Source of the DNA: an uncultured bacterium
GTDB taxonomy: Bacteria; Abyssobacteria; SURF-5
Assembly (NCBI GenBank): GCA_964607485.1
Contig: CAZSKP010000029.1
Span: 1-60,673 of the forward strand
Direction: 5' to 3'
DNA length: 60,673 nt
The position numbers were made by a program, and so were the translations under genes. Below the pieces are notes generated by a model that was not told the origin of the DNA, searched no databases, and was given only the letters and a program-made list of their open reading frames with translations. Position 1 is the stretch's first letter; each line of letters opens with the position of its first letter. This document shows, piece after piece, positions 36,429-46,943 of this stretch.

Positions 36429-37865
36429 ATGAAGAGCCGCCCGACGGAAATACTTCTCATAAACTCCAACCTCATGAAGCCGCCCGTGACACCCGTTGCG
36501 ATCGATTTTCTCGCCAGCGCATTGAGAGACGAGGGTTACGCCGTCCGATTCCTGGACCTTGCCTTTGAAGATGATGCGCTTTCCGCAATCGACCGCGACT
36601 ATCTTTTCGTGGGCGTAACCGTCCGCAACATCGACGACTCCTTCTTCGCTACCCGCGACTTCTGTCTGGCGAGGGTCAGGCCGATGGTGCAAAAGATTAA
36701 GCAGCTGACCGACGCGCCCGTTGTGCTCGGCGGTGTCGGTTATTCTATATTCCCCCTTGCCGCGCTAGAATATTGCGGCGCCGATTTCGGCATTCAAGGT
36801 GACGGGGAATGGGCGATTGTACAGCTTGCAGATACGTTTGCGAAAAGCGGCACACCCTTCCACATTCCGGGTCTCGTTTCCAGACGCGAGGGCGGACAAG
36901 GCAGGAGCGAGCCGGCGCCCGTTGATCTGTCGGCAATGTACCTCGGCGACCGCGACACGGTCGATAACCCGAGATATTTCAAGGAAGGCGGAATGGTCGG
37001 CTTTGAGACCAAGCGCGGCTGCGGTGCCTCGTGCTCGTACTGCGCCGACCCTCTGGCGAAGGGAACCACATGCCGCCAGCGCCCGCCCGAACAGGTGGCG
37101 CGTGAAATCGCTTCGATGGCCGACGCGGGCATAGACCATTTTCATACCTGCGACAGCGAGTTCAATGTCCCCCGCTCACACGCTGCCGAGGTCTGCCGCG
37201 AGTTCATCCGGGCCGGGTTAGGTGAAAGAATTCGCTGGTACGCCTACATGACGCCAGAGTATTTTGACGACGAGCTGGCATCGCTGATGAAGCGCGCGGG
37301 CTGTGCGGGCATCGACTTTGGTGCAGACCATTGCAATCCCGCGCTGCTCAGAGTCCTGGGTCGGAGTCACACGGCGGACTCGCTCGGGCAGGCGGCACGG
37401 CTCTGTCGCAAACACAAAATCGAGTGCATGTTCGACCTTCTTCTCGGCGCTCCGGGCGAGACTACTGACACGCTCCGCGAAGCCGTCGAATTCATGAAGC
37501 GCATCGGCCCCTCCTGCGTCGGCGCGAGCATGGGCCTGAGAATCTATCCGGGAACAGCCCTGGCGGAGTTCCTTGCTCCGCGATTGCGATCGGATGCGCC
37601 GGGGGTGTATGGCATGGAGTTGGAGGACGCCGATTTTCTCCGGCCAGTCTATTTCCTGTCGCCCGACCTCGGCGAGGAGCCGCAGCGATTGTTGTTCGAC
37701 CTCGTCGGGGGAGATCAACGCTTCTTCATCCCATCGCCCGAACGCGGCGAAAGCGATTATAATTACAACGACAACTCGGTCCTGTCGCAGGCGATTCGCT
37801 CTGGCAAGCGGGGCGCATTCTGGGATATCCTGAGGAGACTGAAAACAGAAAAGTCGCCCGATTGA
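36429..37865 (+). CDS. Cobalamin-dependent radical SAM superfamily methyltransferase, TsrM-like
   Basis: N-terminal B12 domain (GVTVRNID, VVLGGVGYS), CGASCSYC, CDSEFN, FGADH, C-terminal DYNYNDN...RGAFW. Confidence 0.85.
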   Translation: MKSRPTEILLINSNLMKPPVTPVAIDFLASALRDEGYAVRFLDLAFEDDALSAIDRDYLFVGVTVRNIDDSFFATRDFCLARVRPMVQKIKQLTDAPVVLGGVGYSIFPLAALEYCGADFGIQGDGEWAIVQLADTFAKSGTPFHIPGLVSRREGGQGRSEPAPVDLSAMYLGDRDTVDNPRYFKEGGMVGFETKRGCGASCSYCADPLAKGTTCRQRPPEQVAREIASMADAGIDHFHTCDSEFNVPRSHAAEVCREFIRAGLGERIRWYAYMTPEYFDDELASLMKRAGCAGIDFGADHCNPALLRVLGRSHTADSLGQAARLCRKHKIECMFDLLLGAPGETTDTLREAVEFMKRIGPSCVGASMGLRIYPGTALAEFLAPRLRSDAPGVYGMELEDADFLRPVYFLSPDLGEEPQRLLFDLVGGDQRFFIPSPERGESDYNYNDNSVLSQAIRSGKRGAFWDILRRLKTEKSPD

Positions 37866-37919
37866 GTTGGTGGGGATACGCGCGGCAACTTGTTATATCA
37901 AGGAAAGTTCTTGGGCTTG

Positions 37920-38912
37920 CTATAAGCGGAGAACGCACGAGGCCCAGGTGAAACCAGCGCCGAGAGCCGCCAGCATGATGATGTCGCCTCTCTTCGCCCT
38001 GCCCTCCTGCATGGCTTCGTTCAGCGCGATGGGTATCGAGGCGGCCGTCGTGTTGCCGTATCTCTGTATATTGTTGTACACCTTCTCGGGAGGCAGTTTG
38101 AGCGCGCGTCCGACAAGTTCGTTTATACGGATGTTCGCCTGATGGGGAACGAAGAGGTCGATGTCCTCGACGGTGAGCCCGTTTGCCGCGAGCGCCTCGT
38201 TTATGACTTCGGGCAGTTTTTCCACGGCCATCTTGAACACCTTCTTCCCGTTCATTCGCGGAAAATGGCGTTCCTGCTCCAGAAGTTTTTTTGTCATGGC
38301 AGGTCTGTAACGGCATGCTGGAATCTCGATCCACAGGTCTTTTACGTACCTTCCGTCGGCATGGAGATGCGTTGAGAGGATTCCCCTGTCCTCATCCGTC
38401 GCGCCGAGGATAACAGCCCCGGCGCCATCGCCGAACAACACAGTCACGTCGCGTCCCGTATCCGCAAACTCGATCAGCGCCGAGTGCACTTCGGCCCCCA
38501 CCATTAGTACTCGTTCATACCTGCCGGTTCTTATGAACGCGTCCGCAATCGACAGGCCGTAGATGAATCCCGAGCACTGGTTGCGGATGTCGAGCGCGCC
38601 GATTCCGGGAAGCCCCAGCTTTTCCTGCAGCACACAGGCCGAGCCGGGGAAAAAATAATCCGGAGACAGCGTCGCAAAAATGATGAATTCGATATCGCTC
38701 ATCTCGATGCCGGCTGCCTCGGCCGCCCGCTCGACGGCAGGCACGGCGAGGTCTGCCGGGCCCGTTCCGTCCTCCGCGAATCTTCTCTCGACGATCCCCG
38801 TTCTCTGCCGAATCCACTCGTCGCTCGTATCGAACATTTTTGCCAAATCGTCGTTGGTGACGACACGTTCGGGCAGAAATTGTCCCATCCCCAGTATTGC
38901 TGTTCTTCTCAT
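37920..38912 (-). CDS. fabH: Beta-ketoacyl-ACP synthase III
   Basis: DTSDEWI..RTGI, NQCSGF catalytic Cys, LFGDGAGA, HQAN, GNTTAAS. Confidence 0.93.
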   Translation of the reverse strand: MRRTAILGMGQFLPERVVTNDDLAKMFDTSDEWIRQRTGIVERRFAEDGTGPADLAVPAVERAAEAAGIEMSDIEFIIFATLSPDYFFPGSACVLQEKLGLPGIGALDIRNQCSGFIYGLSIADAFIRTGRYERVLMVGAEVHSALIEFADTGRDVTVLFGDGAGAVILGATDEDRGILSTHLHADGRYVKDLWIEIPACRYRPAMTKKLLEQERHFPRMNGKKVFKMAVEKLPEVINEALAANGLTVEDIDLFVPHQANIRINELVGRALKLPPEKVYNNIQRYGNTTAASIPIALNEAMQEGRAKRGDIIMLAALGAGFTWASCVLRL

Positions 38913-39237
38913 CTCCTCGCTCTCGTTTCTACCCAGATTATTGCTCTCAGCGGCCCGAACACGGGCAGAGCAGCGCCTTTGACTGTACGCGTGCCGCGGG
39001 TATTCTAACAGACATGATTTTACCAGTCAACCGATGGAGGCGGTCGGGATTGCAGGGCGCATCAATTGCGACACGAATTTGACTGAGGCCGCGCGGACAT
39101 GATAGTCTGTGCCGAGGATAAAGGCCCTAGCGGAAATCACTAAATCGCTCCAAAGTTGTCTTTGACGAGAGGAGACAAGCTCTGCCGAAATATGTAGCGC
39201 TCACCGGATCACGACCGTTAAAAATTGGGGGAGTGTC

Positions 39238-40371
39238 ATGAGTGCTCACGAGGGAAAGGCCGAAATTGTTCGGGTCGAGTCAAAACGGGAGCTGATGGAG
39301 TTTATAAGATTTCCGTGGGAAATCTATCGTGGAAATGAACACTGGGTACCGCCTCTCATCAGGGAACAGAAACAGTTCCTGAGCCCCGCGAATCCGTTCT
39401 TCCAGCACTCGGAAGCCGAATACTACCTTGCTCGCAGGGGAAGAAAAACGTGCGGACGCATCTCCGTGAGCATCGACCAAAACTACATTGACTTCCACGA
39501 CGAAAAGATGGGCTGCTTCGGTTTTTTCGAAGCCTTCGACGATTTTGATGTCACCTCTCTGCTGCTCGACACCGCCCGCGACAGGCTGAGCGCAAAAGGC
39601 ATGGAGGTGATGAGGGGTCCTTTCAACTTCACGACCAACCACGAATGCGGCCTGCTCGTCGACGGTTTCGACACCGACCCCGTCATGCTCACGACGTACA
39701 ACCTTCCCTATTATGCAGAATTGCTGGAAAAATACGGCCTGAAGAAGGCGCGCGACTTGTATTCTTTCCATATAACCGACCTCGATGTGGACATGTCCTT
39801 CGTTCGCAGGCTGGCGAAGAAAGCGGCGGAGAATCGCGTTATCGCCCGTACGGTGAGAGTCAAGGAGGATTTACGGGGCGAGATGGAACGCGTGAAGGAA
39901 GTCTATAATAACGCATGGAGCAAGAACTGGGGATTCGTTCCGCTGACGGACGACGAGATCGAGGATATCGCCGCACACATGAAGGACCTCGTAATAGAGG
40001 ATATGACCTATATCGGCGAGATCGACGGCAAACCCATAGGATTCCTGATGTTCCTGCCCGATTACAACGTGGTCGCAAAGAAAATGAATGGCAAAATGGG
40101 CCCGATTCAGATGCTTCAGTTCCTGTGGTACAAGAACCGGATCAAGAAGGGACGCCTTTTCATGATGGGAGTCCACAGGGACTATCAAAAGACGGGAGTG
40201 GCTGCGGCCATGGTCGTCGACGCATACGACAGCGTGATTCGGAGGGGATTCAAGAGCGCGGAATTCTCATGGATTCTCGAGGACAACGTCGCCGTCCGCA
40301 CCATCTGCGAAATGTTTGGAGCCAAAATTTACAAGACACATCGGATCTACGAGATGCCCTTGTCCCCCTGA
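39238..40371 (+). CDS. YghO-like tandem GNAT acyltransferase (possible bacterial ceramide synthase homolog)
   Basis: FIRFPWEIY...WVPPL, FGFFE, GPFNFTTNHECGLLVDGF, YNLPYY, WSKNWGFVP, SWILEDN. Confidence 0.8.
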   Translation: MSAHEGKAEIVRVESKRELMEFIRFPWEIYRGNEHWVPPLIREQKQFLSPANPFFQHSEAEYYLARRGRKTCGRISVSIDQNYIDFHDEKMGCFGFFEAFDDFDVTSLLLDTARDRLSAKGMEVMRGPFNFTTNHECGLLVDGFDTDPVMLTTYNLPYYAELLEKYGLKKARDLYSFHITDLDVDMSFVRRLAKKAAENRVIARTVRVKEDLRGEMERVKEVYNNAWSKNWGFVPLTDDEIEDIAAHMKDLVIEDMTYIGEIDGKPIGFLMFLPDYNVVAKKMNGKMGPIQMLQFLWYKNRIKKGRLFMMGVHRDYQKTGVAAAMVVDAYDSVIRRGFKSAEFSWILEDNVAVRTICEMFGAKIYKTHRIYEMPLSP

Positions 40372-41342
40372 GAGCAGGCCGGGACCGTGCCATCCATCCG
40401 CTCTCGCACGAGACGTCGCCGCCATGCCCATTGTGTGGCGTCGCTCATGACGACGACCACGCAGGCCAGCGTCGCGCCCGCCGCCACATCGGCCACATAG
40501 TGATAACGCAGGAACACGGTCGATAGAATCAGGCCCGTTCCCACCGGGAGCATCCCCCAGAAAAGCCGCCGCTCGAAGCGGTAACACAAGACAAGCGTTA
40601 TGAGCGTCACCTCCACGTGGCCGCTGGGGAAGCAGTCCCACCTGTAGGGTTCCAGCGTGAACAAGAGGTGCCGGATGAAACCGCCCACCCACTTACCCTC
40701 CAAGGAAGTTGTGTGAAGCGCCTCCAGCGTCTGGGAAGGACCACTCGCCGGGAAGAGCAAGTTACCGACGAAGGAAAGGTAAAAGCCAAGGCAGACCACG
40801 GCGGCGAAAGTCTCAAACTCGTTCATCCTGCCCTTGCAGTACAGCGTGGCCGCGACAATTATCGGCAAGAAGAAAAAGCTCCCGTAACATATTTCGAGTA
40901 GGTCCACCAAGTAAGGATTGAGAAACCTCGACAGGAAGACCGTCGGATGTGTCCCGAACACCGCGTAATCGAGCGCGATCATCTCCGAGTCGACGTCATA
41001 AGGGAAGACATGGTGTACCATCTCCCCGAGGCTGAAAAAGGTGACGGCGACAAACGCCAGCGGATACCAACTCCTCAGGAAGGCGTGCAGAGGCTTGAGG
41101 GTGTCCCCTTGAGGCCAGACCAGGAAGCCGGCCCCAACCAGCATTGCGATGTAAAGCGAAGCGAGCGGACGCCAGGCTTGCACCCGGCTTGAAAACAAGA
41201 CGCACACGATGAGAAAAATGAGAACGAACGTGAAATTTATGCCATCCGAAGGTCGAACCTGCTGAAACAATCGCTCGAGCGATCGCCCACGGTTCGGCTT
41301 CATTTGTTTCCCCTCCCCGGAAAAAGATGAAATATTCGCCAC
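40347..41342 (-). CDS. PAP2-superfamily membrane protein (Aur1/IPC-synthase-like branch)
   Basis: FPASGP, DCFPSGH and YHYVAD motifs; multiple TM helices; the start may be MKPN. Confidence 0.85.
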   Translation of the reverse strand: MANISSFSGEGKQMKPNRGRSLERLFQQVRPSDGINFTFVLIFLIVCVLFSSRVQAWRPLASLYIAMLVGAGFLVWPQGDTLKPLHAFLRSWYPLAFVAVTFFSLGEMVHHVFPYDVDSEMIALDYAVFGTHPTVFLSRFLNPYLVDLLEICYGSFFFLPIIVAATLYCKGRMNEFETFAAVVCLGFYLSFVGNLLFPASGPSQTLEALHTTSLEGKWVGGFIRHLLFTLEPYRWDCFPSGHVEVTLITLVLCYRFERRLFWGMLPVGTGLILSTVFLRYHYVADVAAGATLACVVVVMSDATQWAWRRRLVRERMDGTVPACSQGDKGIS

Positions 41343-41364
41343 CCGCCTGTTGTGGCTGCCTTCT

Positions 41365-42441
41365 TCAATGGGAACCGGCGACCCGCTCCCCGTGCGCGTC
41401 GCTCGAAGCTCTCAACTGGCCGCACGCCGCCTCTATGTCAACTCCGCGCGACCGCCGGATGAATGCCAGAACCCCTGCCTTCCTCAATTCAGCCTGAAAC
41501 TGCAACATCCGTTCCTTCGTCGGAGCGCGGAATTTATCCGACAGGGCGGGATTGCACGGAATCAAATTGACCTTTGCGCCCAGAGACCGGCACATCTTGG
41601 CCAACCTCCCGGCCTCGCGCAGAGAATCGTTTTCACCTTCGATCAGCATGTATTCCACCGTGAGCGGTGTCTGCCTGCTCCGCGTAAGCCGCCTGCACGC
41701 ATCGAGCACTTGTTCGATCGGATACCTCCTGTTTATCGGCATCAAGCGGCTTCTGACGGCGTTCTCGGTAGCATGGAGCGACAACGCAAGGCGCACCGGC
41801 AGGTCGTCCTCTGCCAATTCAAGAATACCGGGCACATACCCCGCAGTCGAAATCGTGACCCGTCTCTTCCCCAGCCCGAAGCCCCGCTTATGAAGGAAGA
41901 TGCGGACGGCCTTCGCCGTCGCCCGGTAATTCGCCAGCGGCTCTCCCATCCCCATCAACACGATATTCGTCAGCCGGCCCGCATCGGGGTCGAATCGCGC
42001 CCTGCGGGCCTGTTCCACGATCTCGCCGACCGAAAGGTTGCGGGCCAGTCCCCCTGTCGCGCTCGCGCAGAACAGACAGCCGAACCCACAACCAACCTGC
42101 GTGGAGATGCAGACCGTGCTCCGTTCTCCTTCGGGGAGCAACACCGACTCCACCGAGCCTCCGTCGCTCAATCCAAACAGAAACTTCTTCGTGCCGTCGC
42201 GGCTCGACACCCGCACATTCAGCATCTCGAGGCCGGCAATGCAAAACTCGCTCGCCAGTTCCTCGCGGAGCGTCTTGGGCAAATTCGTCATCTCGCCGAA
42301 CGAGCGCGCTCCATGCCGATAGAGCCACTCCACCACCTGTGTCGAGCGGTACGGATCGAGCCCGCGACCGGCCAGCAATTCGTCCAACTCCTCGGGCAGC
42401 ATGCCCAGGACATCCAGCTTTTTTTTAGCCTGCGCCGACAC
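41365..42441 (-). CDS. rlmN: 23S rRNA (A2503)/tRNA dual-specificity methyltransferase
   Basis: CISTQVGCGFGCLFCAS, MGMGEP, SLHA, EAACGQL. Confidence 0.97.
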   Translation of the reverse strand: MSAQAKKKLDVLGMLPEELDELLAGRGLDPYRSTQVVEWLYRHGARSFGEMTNLPKTLREELASEFCIAGLEMLNVRVSSRDGTKKFLFGLSDGGSVESVLLPEGERSTVCISTQVGCGFGCLFCASATGGLARNLSVGEIVEQARRARFDPDAGRLTNIVLMGMGEPLANYRATAKAVRIFLHKRGFGLGKRRVTISTAGYVPGILELAEDDLPVRLALSLHATENAVRSRLMPINRRYPIEQVLDACRRLTRSRQTPLTVEYMLIEGENDSLREAGRLAKMCRSLGAKVNLIPCNPALSDKFRAPTKERMLQFQAELRKAGVLAFIRRSRGVDIEAACGQLRASSDAHGERVAGSH

Positions 42442-42448
42442 TTGGAAA

Positions 42449-42856
42449 CTACGCCTCTGTGGGTATCAACTGCACGAGGACCGACCTTCGGCGAGGGCCA
42501 TCGAACTCGCAGAAGAAGATTCCCTGCCAGGTCCCCAGCGTCAGGCTCGACCCGGTGACCGGGATGACGTGCGAGAAACCCACGAGCGTTGATTTTATGT
42601 GACCGTCGGAGTTCCCCTCGGCATGCCTGTATTTCGGGTCGTTGCGTGGGACGAGGCGCGAGAGCATCCCGAGAATGTCGCTGCTGACGCTGGGGTCGGC
42701 ATTCTCGTTAATGGTCACCCCGGCCGTGGTATGAGGCACATAGACGATACAGAGCCCCTCGCTGACGCCGGATTTCGCGACCACTTGCCGGACCGAATCG
42801 GTGATGTCTATGAACTGCTCCCGCGACCTGCTGGATACCGAGATTCTCTCAAGCAT
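42449..42856 (-). CDS. yjbQ: YjbQ/UPF0047 family protein
   Basis: PHTTAGVTINENADP, HAEGNSDGHIK, LGTWQGIFFCEFDGPR. Confidence 0.93.
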   Translation of the reverse strand: MLERISVSSRSREQFIDITDSVRQVVAKSGVSEGLCIVYVPHTTAGVTINENADPSVSSDILGMLSRLVPRNDPKYRHAEGNSDGHIKSTLVGFSHVIPVTGSSLTLGTWQGIFFCEFDGPRRRSVLVQLIPTEA

Positions 42857-42897
42857 GAAAATGTATCCTCCTTCAGATGCGGACGCGCGATGCGCCG

Positions 42898-43737
42898 CTA
42901 TACCAGAGCGAGCAGAGGATGGTCCCTGAGGACATTGAGGGTCGCCCTCTCGCCCGCTCGGATCGAACGGGCCGTCTCTTCAAAATCGAACATGCGGCGG
43001 GTTGGTATGTGAGGCTCAATCATGATGAGCGGGTATTCGTAAAACGCCCGGAGCTGCAGCTCTAGGATTCGACGCATCATTATTCCACTGCTTTGAAGTA
43101 TCATATCGATTATGCCCCTCTGCTCGGGCACCTCGCGAGCCCGGTCGAGAGCGGGCAGGCCGAGATTTATCGCAATTATCAGGTCGGCGCCCCGTTGGTG
43201 AGCCATCTGAACGGGCAGGTTGGTCACCACGCCGCCGTCGATATAGTATGAGTCGCCAACCTTCAGGGGAGGAAAGATTCCGGGAAGCGCGCACGATGAG
43301 TACACAGCCTCATGGACCGGTATGTCATTGAAGCCCTCGCTGCCCCAATACACCTCTTCTCCCTGGCGGAGTTCCACCGAGTTGACCAGGAGAGGGCTGT
43401 CGAGCAACTTGAAGCTGTCGATGGGTATTATGCTTTCGATATAACTATGGAGCTTTTCGCCACTGTACAGGCTGCTGGCATGGAGCCCCCTCCTGACAAA
43501 GTGAAACAGCCTCAGGTCAAGGATGTCCTCGCTCTTCACGTCGAGTGCAAGGCGCTCCATCTCCTGAATGTCCATCCCGCCCGCAGCCAGGGCGCATATG
43601 AGAGAACCCATGCTCGTTCCGATATATTCGTGGATGGGAATCTTGAGGGCCCGAATGGCCTTCAGCGCACCCACATGCGCCAATCCTCGAAGGCCGCCGC
43701 CGCCTAGAACAAGCGCTACCTTGCTCAATTCTGGCAC
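42898..43737 (-). CDS. Patatin-like phospholipase
   Basis: GGGGLRG, GTSMG nucleophile, SCALPGIFPP, DGG; start uncertain. Confidence 0.92.
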   Translation of the reverse strand: MPELSKVALVLGGGGLRGLAHVGALKAIRALKIPIHEYIGTSMGSLICALAAGGMDIQEMERLALDVKSEDILDLRLFHFVRRGLHASSLYSGEKLHSYIESIIPIDSFKLLDSPLLVNSVELRQGEEVYWGSEGFNDIPVHEAVYSSCALPGIFPPLKVGDSYYIDGGVVTNLPVQMAHQRGADLIIAINLGLPALDRAREVPEQRGIIDMILQSSGIMMRRILELQLRAFYEYPLIMIEPHIPTRRMFDFEETARSIRAGERATLNVLRDHPLLALV

Positions 43738-43879
43738 CCCCGGGCGTCGTCGTGGCAGGTAAGTATGGAAAATGCCATGCTCAGGGGCAAGTATAGCAAT
43801 CGGAAAAACCAAAAGTCAATCGGCCCCGAGGTTTCGGGGTCGGAGCAACGCCGGGCGACAACTCGGCGTGTAATCGGGG

Positions 43880-43908
43880 TTGCCATCCGGAAGGTTTTCT
43901 GGTATATT
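43880..43908 (+). promoter_or_regulatory. sigma70-type promoter of the rpsB operon
   Basis: TTGCCA-N17-TATATT with TG extension. Confidence 0.7.
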
Positions 43909-43924
43909 AAAAGGTCAACGTCGC

Positions 43925-44040
43925 AAATACACAGGCCCCGCAGTCTCCCTTTGAGACAATCCCGCGGGCTGGTGCCGGTTTGGTTTGGGCCGGTTACCCG
44001 TGGGAGCGGTGGTCGAGGACAAACCAGGTTACAGGAGGAC
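43925..44040 (+). promoter_or_regulatory. rpsB (S2/t44-like) autoregulatory leader
   Basis: ATACACA...GGTGCC...GAGG..AAACC elements in the order recalled for the t44/S2 leader; GC-rich stems. Confidence 0.6.
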
Positions 44041-44045
44041 ACCCA

Positions 44046-44855
44046 ATGGCGATAGTAACGATGAAGCAGCTCCTTGAGGCAGGCGTCCATTTCGGACACC
44101 AGGCACGCCGATGGAACCCGAAAATGGAAAAATTCATCTTCGGCGAACGCAACGGCGTGTACATCATCGACTTACAGAAAACCGTACAACAGGTTAACGC
44201 GGTCTATCACTTCATCCGTGAGAGCGTGGAGGCGGGCGGAACCGTCCTCTTCGTCGGCACGAAGAGACAGGCGCAGGAGTCGGTGCGCGAACAGGCGATC
44301 CGCTGCGGCATGTTCTACGTGACCAACCGCTGGCTCGGCGGCACTCTGACCAACTTCGAGACGATAAAGAAGAGCATACGGCGGCTCAAACGAATAGAGA
44401 AGATGGAACAAGAGGGCGACTTCGGCTCTCTCGTCAAGAAGGAAATAGGCAAGCTGCTGAAGGAAAAAGTCAAGCTGGAGAAGAATTTGGCCGGCATAAA
44501 GGACATGGCGGAATTGCCCGGCTCGGTGTTCATTATCGACACCAAAAAGGAAGCCATCGCAGTCGCCGAGGCGAAGAAGCTGGGGATTCCCTCTGTCGGC
44601 ATTGTTGATACAAACTGCGACCCCGACGACGTTACCTATCCGATTCCGGGTAACGACGACGCCATCCGCTCGATTAGGCTCTTCACGACCATCATTGCCG
44701 ACGCCGCCCTCGACGCGAAGGCGCGCGCCCTCGAGGGCCGCGAGGTGCCGGGGACGGAATTAGGCGCGGAGACGGAGAAGGAAGAGGCGGTCGCCTCGAC
44801 TCGGAGAGCGTCAGCGATCTCCAATGACGAAAAGGATGAGTTGAACGCCGACTGA
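44046..44855 (+). CDS. rpsB: 30S ribosomal protein S2
   Basis: [36 protein letters not shown]. Confidence 0.98.
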   Translation: MAIVTMKQLLEAGVHFGHQARRWNPKMEKFIFGERNGVYIIDLQKTVQQVNAVYHFIRESVEAGGTVLFVGTKRQAQESVREQAIRCGMFYVTNRWLGGTLTNFETIKKSIRRLKRIEKMEQEGDFGSLVKKEIGKLLKEKVKLEKNLAGIKDMAELPGSVFIIDTKKEAIAVAEAKKLGIPSVGIVDTNCDPDDVTYPIPGNDDAIRSIRLFTTIIADAALDAKARALEGREVPGTELGAETEKEEAVASTRRASAISNDEKDELNAD

Positions 44856-45020
44856 TGCGCGGCTTCGCTCGTCCGCTTTATCGCATTACCCCAACAACGC
44901 AGGTTTTTCGACGCGACGGAATATATCAAGCTGAATTCGTGTGTGCGGCGTCAGTCCGCGCAAGCCCCGATAGCGCGCGCGCAGCCGAAACAGAAGACAG
45001 AAGAGATGGGAGAAGGCTAG

Positions 45021-45620
45021 ATGGCAATAACTGCTCAAATGGTGAAGGAATTGCGCCAGAAAACCGGCGCCGGTATGATGGATTGCAAGAAGGCGCTCAC
45101 AGAAAAGAATGGAGACATCGAGGCGGCGATACAGTACCTGCGCGAAAAAGGGGTGGCCGATGCGGCGAAACGCGCCGGTCGCGTGGCTAGCGAAGGCATG
45201 ATCGGCTCGTACGTGCACACCGGCGGAAAGATAGGCGTACTCGTCGAGGTCAACTGCGAGACCGATTTCGTAGCGCGCACGGACGACTTCAAGGACTTGG
45301 CCAAGAACCTGGCGATGCAAATTTGCTCCGAGAGCCCCGTCTGCGTTCGCCGCGAAGACATCCCCACCGAAATTCTCGAAAGGGAGAAGCAGATCTGCGA
45401 GAGTCAGGCGCGCCAGACGGGCAAACCAGAAAAGGTCATTGAAAAAATCGTCGCAGGTAAATTGGAAAGCTTCTACGCAAGGGCCTGCCTGCTCGAACAG
45501 GAGTTCATTCGGGACCGCAACACGACCGTCCAGGATTTCATCAACTCGAAGATAGCGAAACTGGGGGAAAACATCGTGGTCAAACGGTTCGTCCGATTCC
45601 AATTGGGAGAGGAAGTCTGA
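45021..45620 (+). CDS. tsf: Elongation factor Ts (short 199-aa form)
   Basis: [38 protein letters not shown]. Confidence 0.98.
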   Translation: MAITAQMVKELRQKTGAGMMDCKKALTEKNGDIEAAIQYLREKGVADAAKRAGRVASEGMIGSYVHTGGKIGVLVEVNCETDFVARTDDFKDLAKNLAMQICSESPVCVRREDIPTEILEREKQICESQARQTGKPEKVIEKIVAGKLESFYARACLLEQEFIRDRNTTVQDFINSKIAKLGENIVVKRFVRFQLGEEV

Positions 45621-45627
45621 GGGCATC

Positions 45628-46362
45628 ATGCCGAAAACCCGCAGAAAACCGGCTTACAAGAGGGTGCTCCTCAAGCTCAGCGGCGAAGCTATGCAGGGCG
45701 CTCAACAATTCGGCATAGACACCAACGTCATAACCAAGGTCTCGGAGCAGATAAAAGAGGTTATGACCGAATTCCCTGTTGAAATCGCAATAGTCATCGG
45801 AGGGGGAAACATCTTCAGGGGCATACAGGCGGCCGCCCAGGGAATGGACCGCTCGACGGCCGATTACATGGGCATGCTCGCCACGGTGTTGAACGGGCTC
45901 GCGCTTCAGGACGGGCTTGAGAAAGCCGGAGTCATGACGCGCGTGATGTCGGCCATAGAGATGAAAGAGCTGGCCGAGCCCTACATACGCCGCAGAGCAA
46001 TGAGGCACCTGGAAAAAGGACGTGTGGTCATATTTGCGGCCGGCACCGGCAATCCGTATTTTTCGACCGACACCGCCTCGGCTCTGCGCGCGATCGAAAT
46101 CGGCGCCGAAGTCATACTGAAGGGAACGAAGGTGGACGGAGTTTACGACGCCGACCCGGCCTCGAACAAGCGCGCGCGCAAGTTTACGAAGCTCACCTAC
46201 ATGGAGGTGCTGGGGCGCAGCTTGAAAGTGATGGACAATTCTGCGATTACTCTGTGCATGGACAACGACCTTCCGATCATCGTTTTCAACCTGAACAAGT
46301 ACGGAAACATTCGGAGGGTCATAGCGGGAGAAAGTGTCGGGACCGAGATAAGGGGGGAGTGA
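45628..46362 (+). CDS. pyrH: UMP kinase
   Basis: [26 protein letters not shown]. Confidence 0.98.
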   Translation: MPKTRRKPAYKRVLLKLSGEAMQGAQQFGIDTNVITKVSEQIKEVMTEFPVEIAIVIGGGNIFRGIQAAAQGMDRSTADYMGMLATVLNGLALQDGLEKAGVMTRVMSAIEMKELAEPYIRRRAMRHLEKGRVVIFAAGTGNPYFSTDTASALRAIEIGAEVILKGTKVDGVYDADPASNKRARKFTKLTYMEVLGRSLKVMDNSAITLCMDNDLPIIVFNLNKYGNIRRVIAGESVGTEIRGE

Positions 46363-46367
46363 GCCTA

Positions 46368-46925
46368 ATGCGCAAGGAAGTTCTGTCGGCCCTGAGGGAA
46401 AAGATGAACAAGACCATGGACCACATCCGGCGCGAATTTGCGACAATCCGTACCGGCAGAGCTTCGACCTCGCTGCTGGACGGGGTCGATGTTGATTACT
46501 ACGGGTCCCCCGTTCCCCTGAATCAGATAGCCAACGTTTCGGTCCCGGAGGCAAGACTGTTGCTCATCACCCCATATGATAAGGGCGCGCTCGGCAGCAT
46601 TGAGAAGGCGATACTCAAGTCGGACCTAGGCCTTACCCCGAACAATGACGGCAGAGTCGTCAGAATCCCGATCCCCGAGCTCACCGAGGAGCGGCGGAAG
46701 AATCTCGTCAAAGTTGTGCGCCGCCTTGCGGAGGACTCACGCGTATCTCTGAGGAACGCTCGACGCGAAGCCAACGACAACTTAAAGAAAGGCGAAAAGA
46801 ACGGCGACATATCCGAAGATGAGAGTCACCGCATCATGGATGAAGTCCAAGAAGTCACGGATGACTACATCGAAAAAATCGGGGATCTGCTGGAGGCGAA
46901 AGAGAAGGAAATCATGGAAGTCTGA
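46368..46925 (+). CDS. frr: Ribosome recycling factor
   Basis: [26 protein letters not shown]. Confidence 0.98.
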   Translation: MRKEVLSALREKMNKTMDHIRREFATIRTGRASTSLLDGVDVDYYGSPVPLNQIANVSVPEARLLLITPYDKGALGSIEKAILKSDLGLTPNNDGRVVRIPIPELTEERRKNLVKVVRRLAEDSRVSLRNARREANDNLKKGEKNGDISEDESHRIMDEVQEVTDDYIEKIGDLLEAKEKEIMEV

Positions 46926-46943
46926 CCTCGGAAGGGCCCGACG

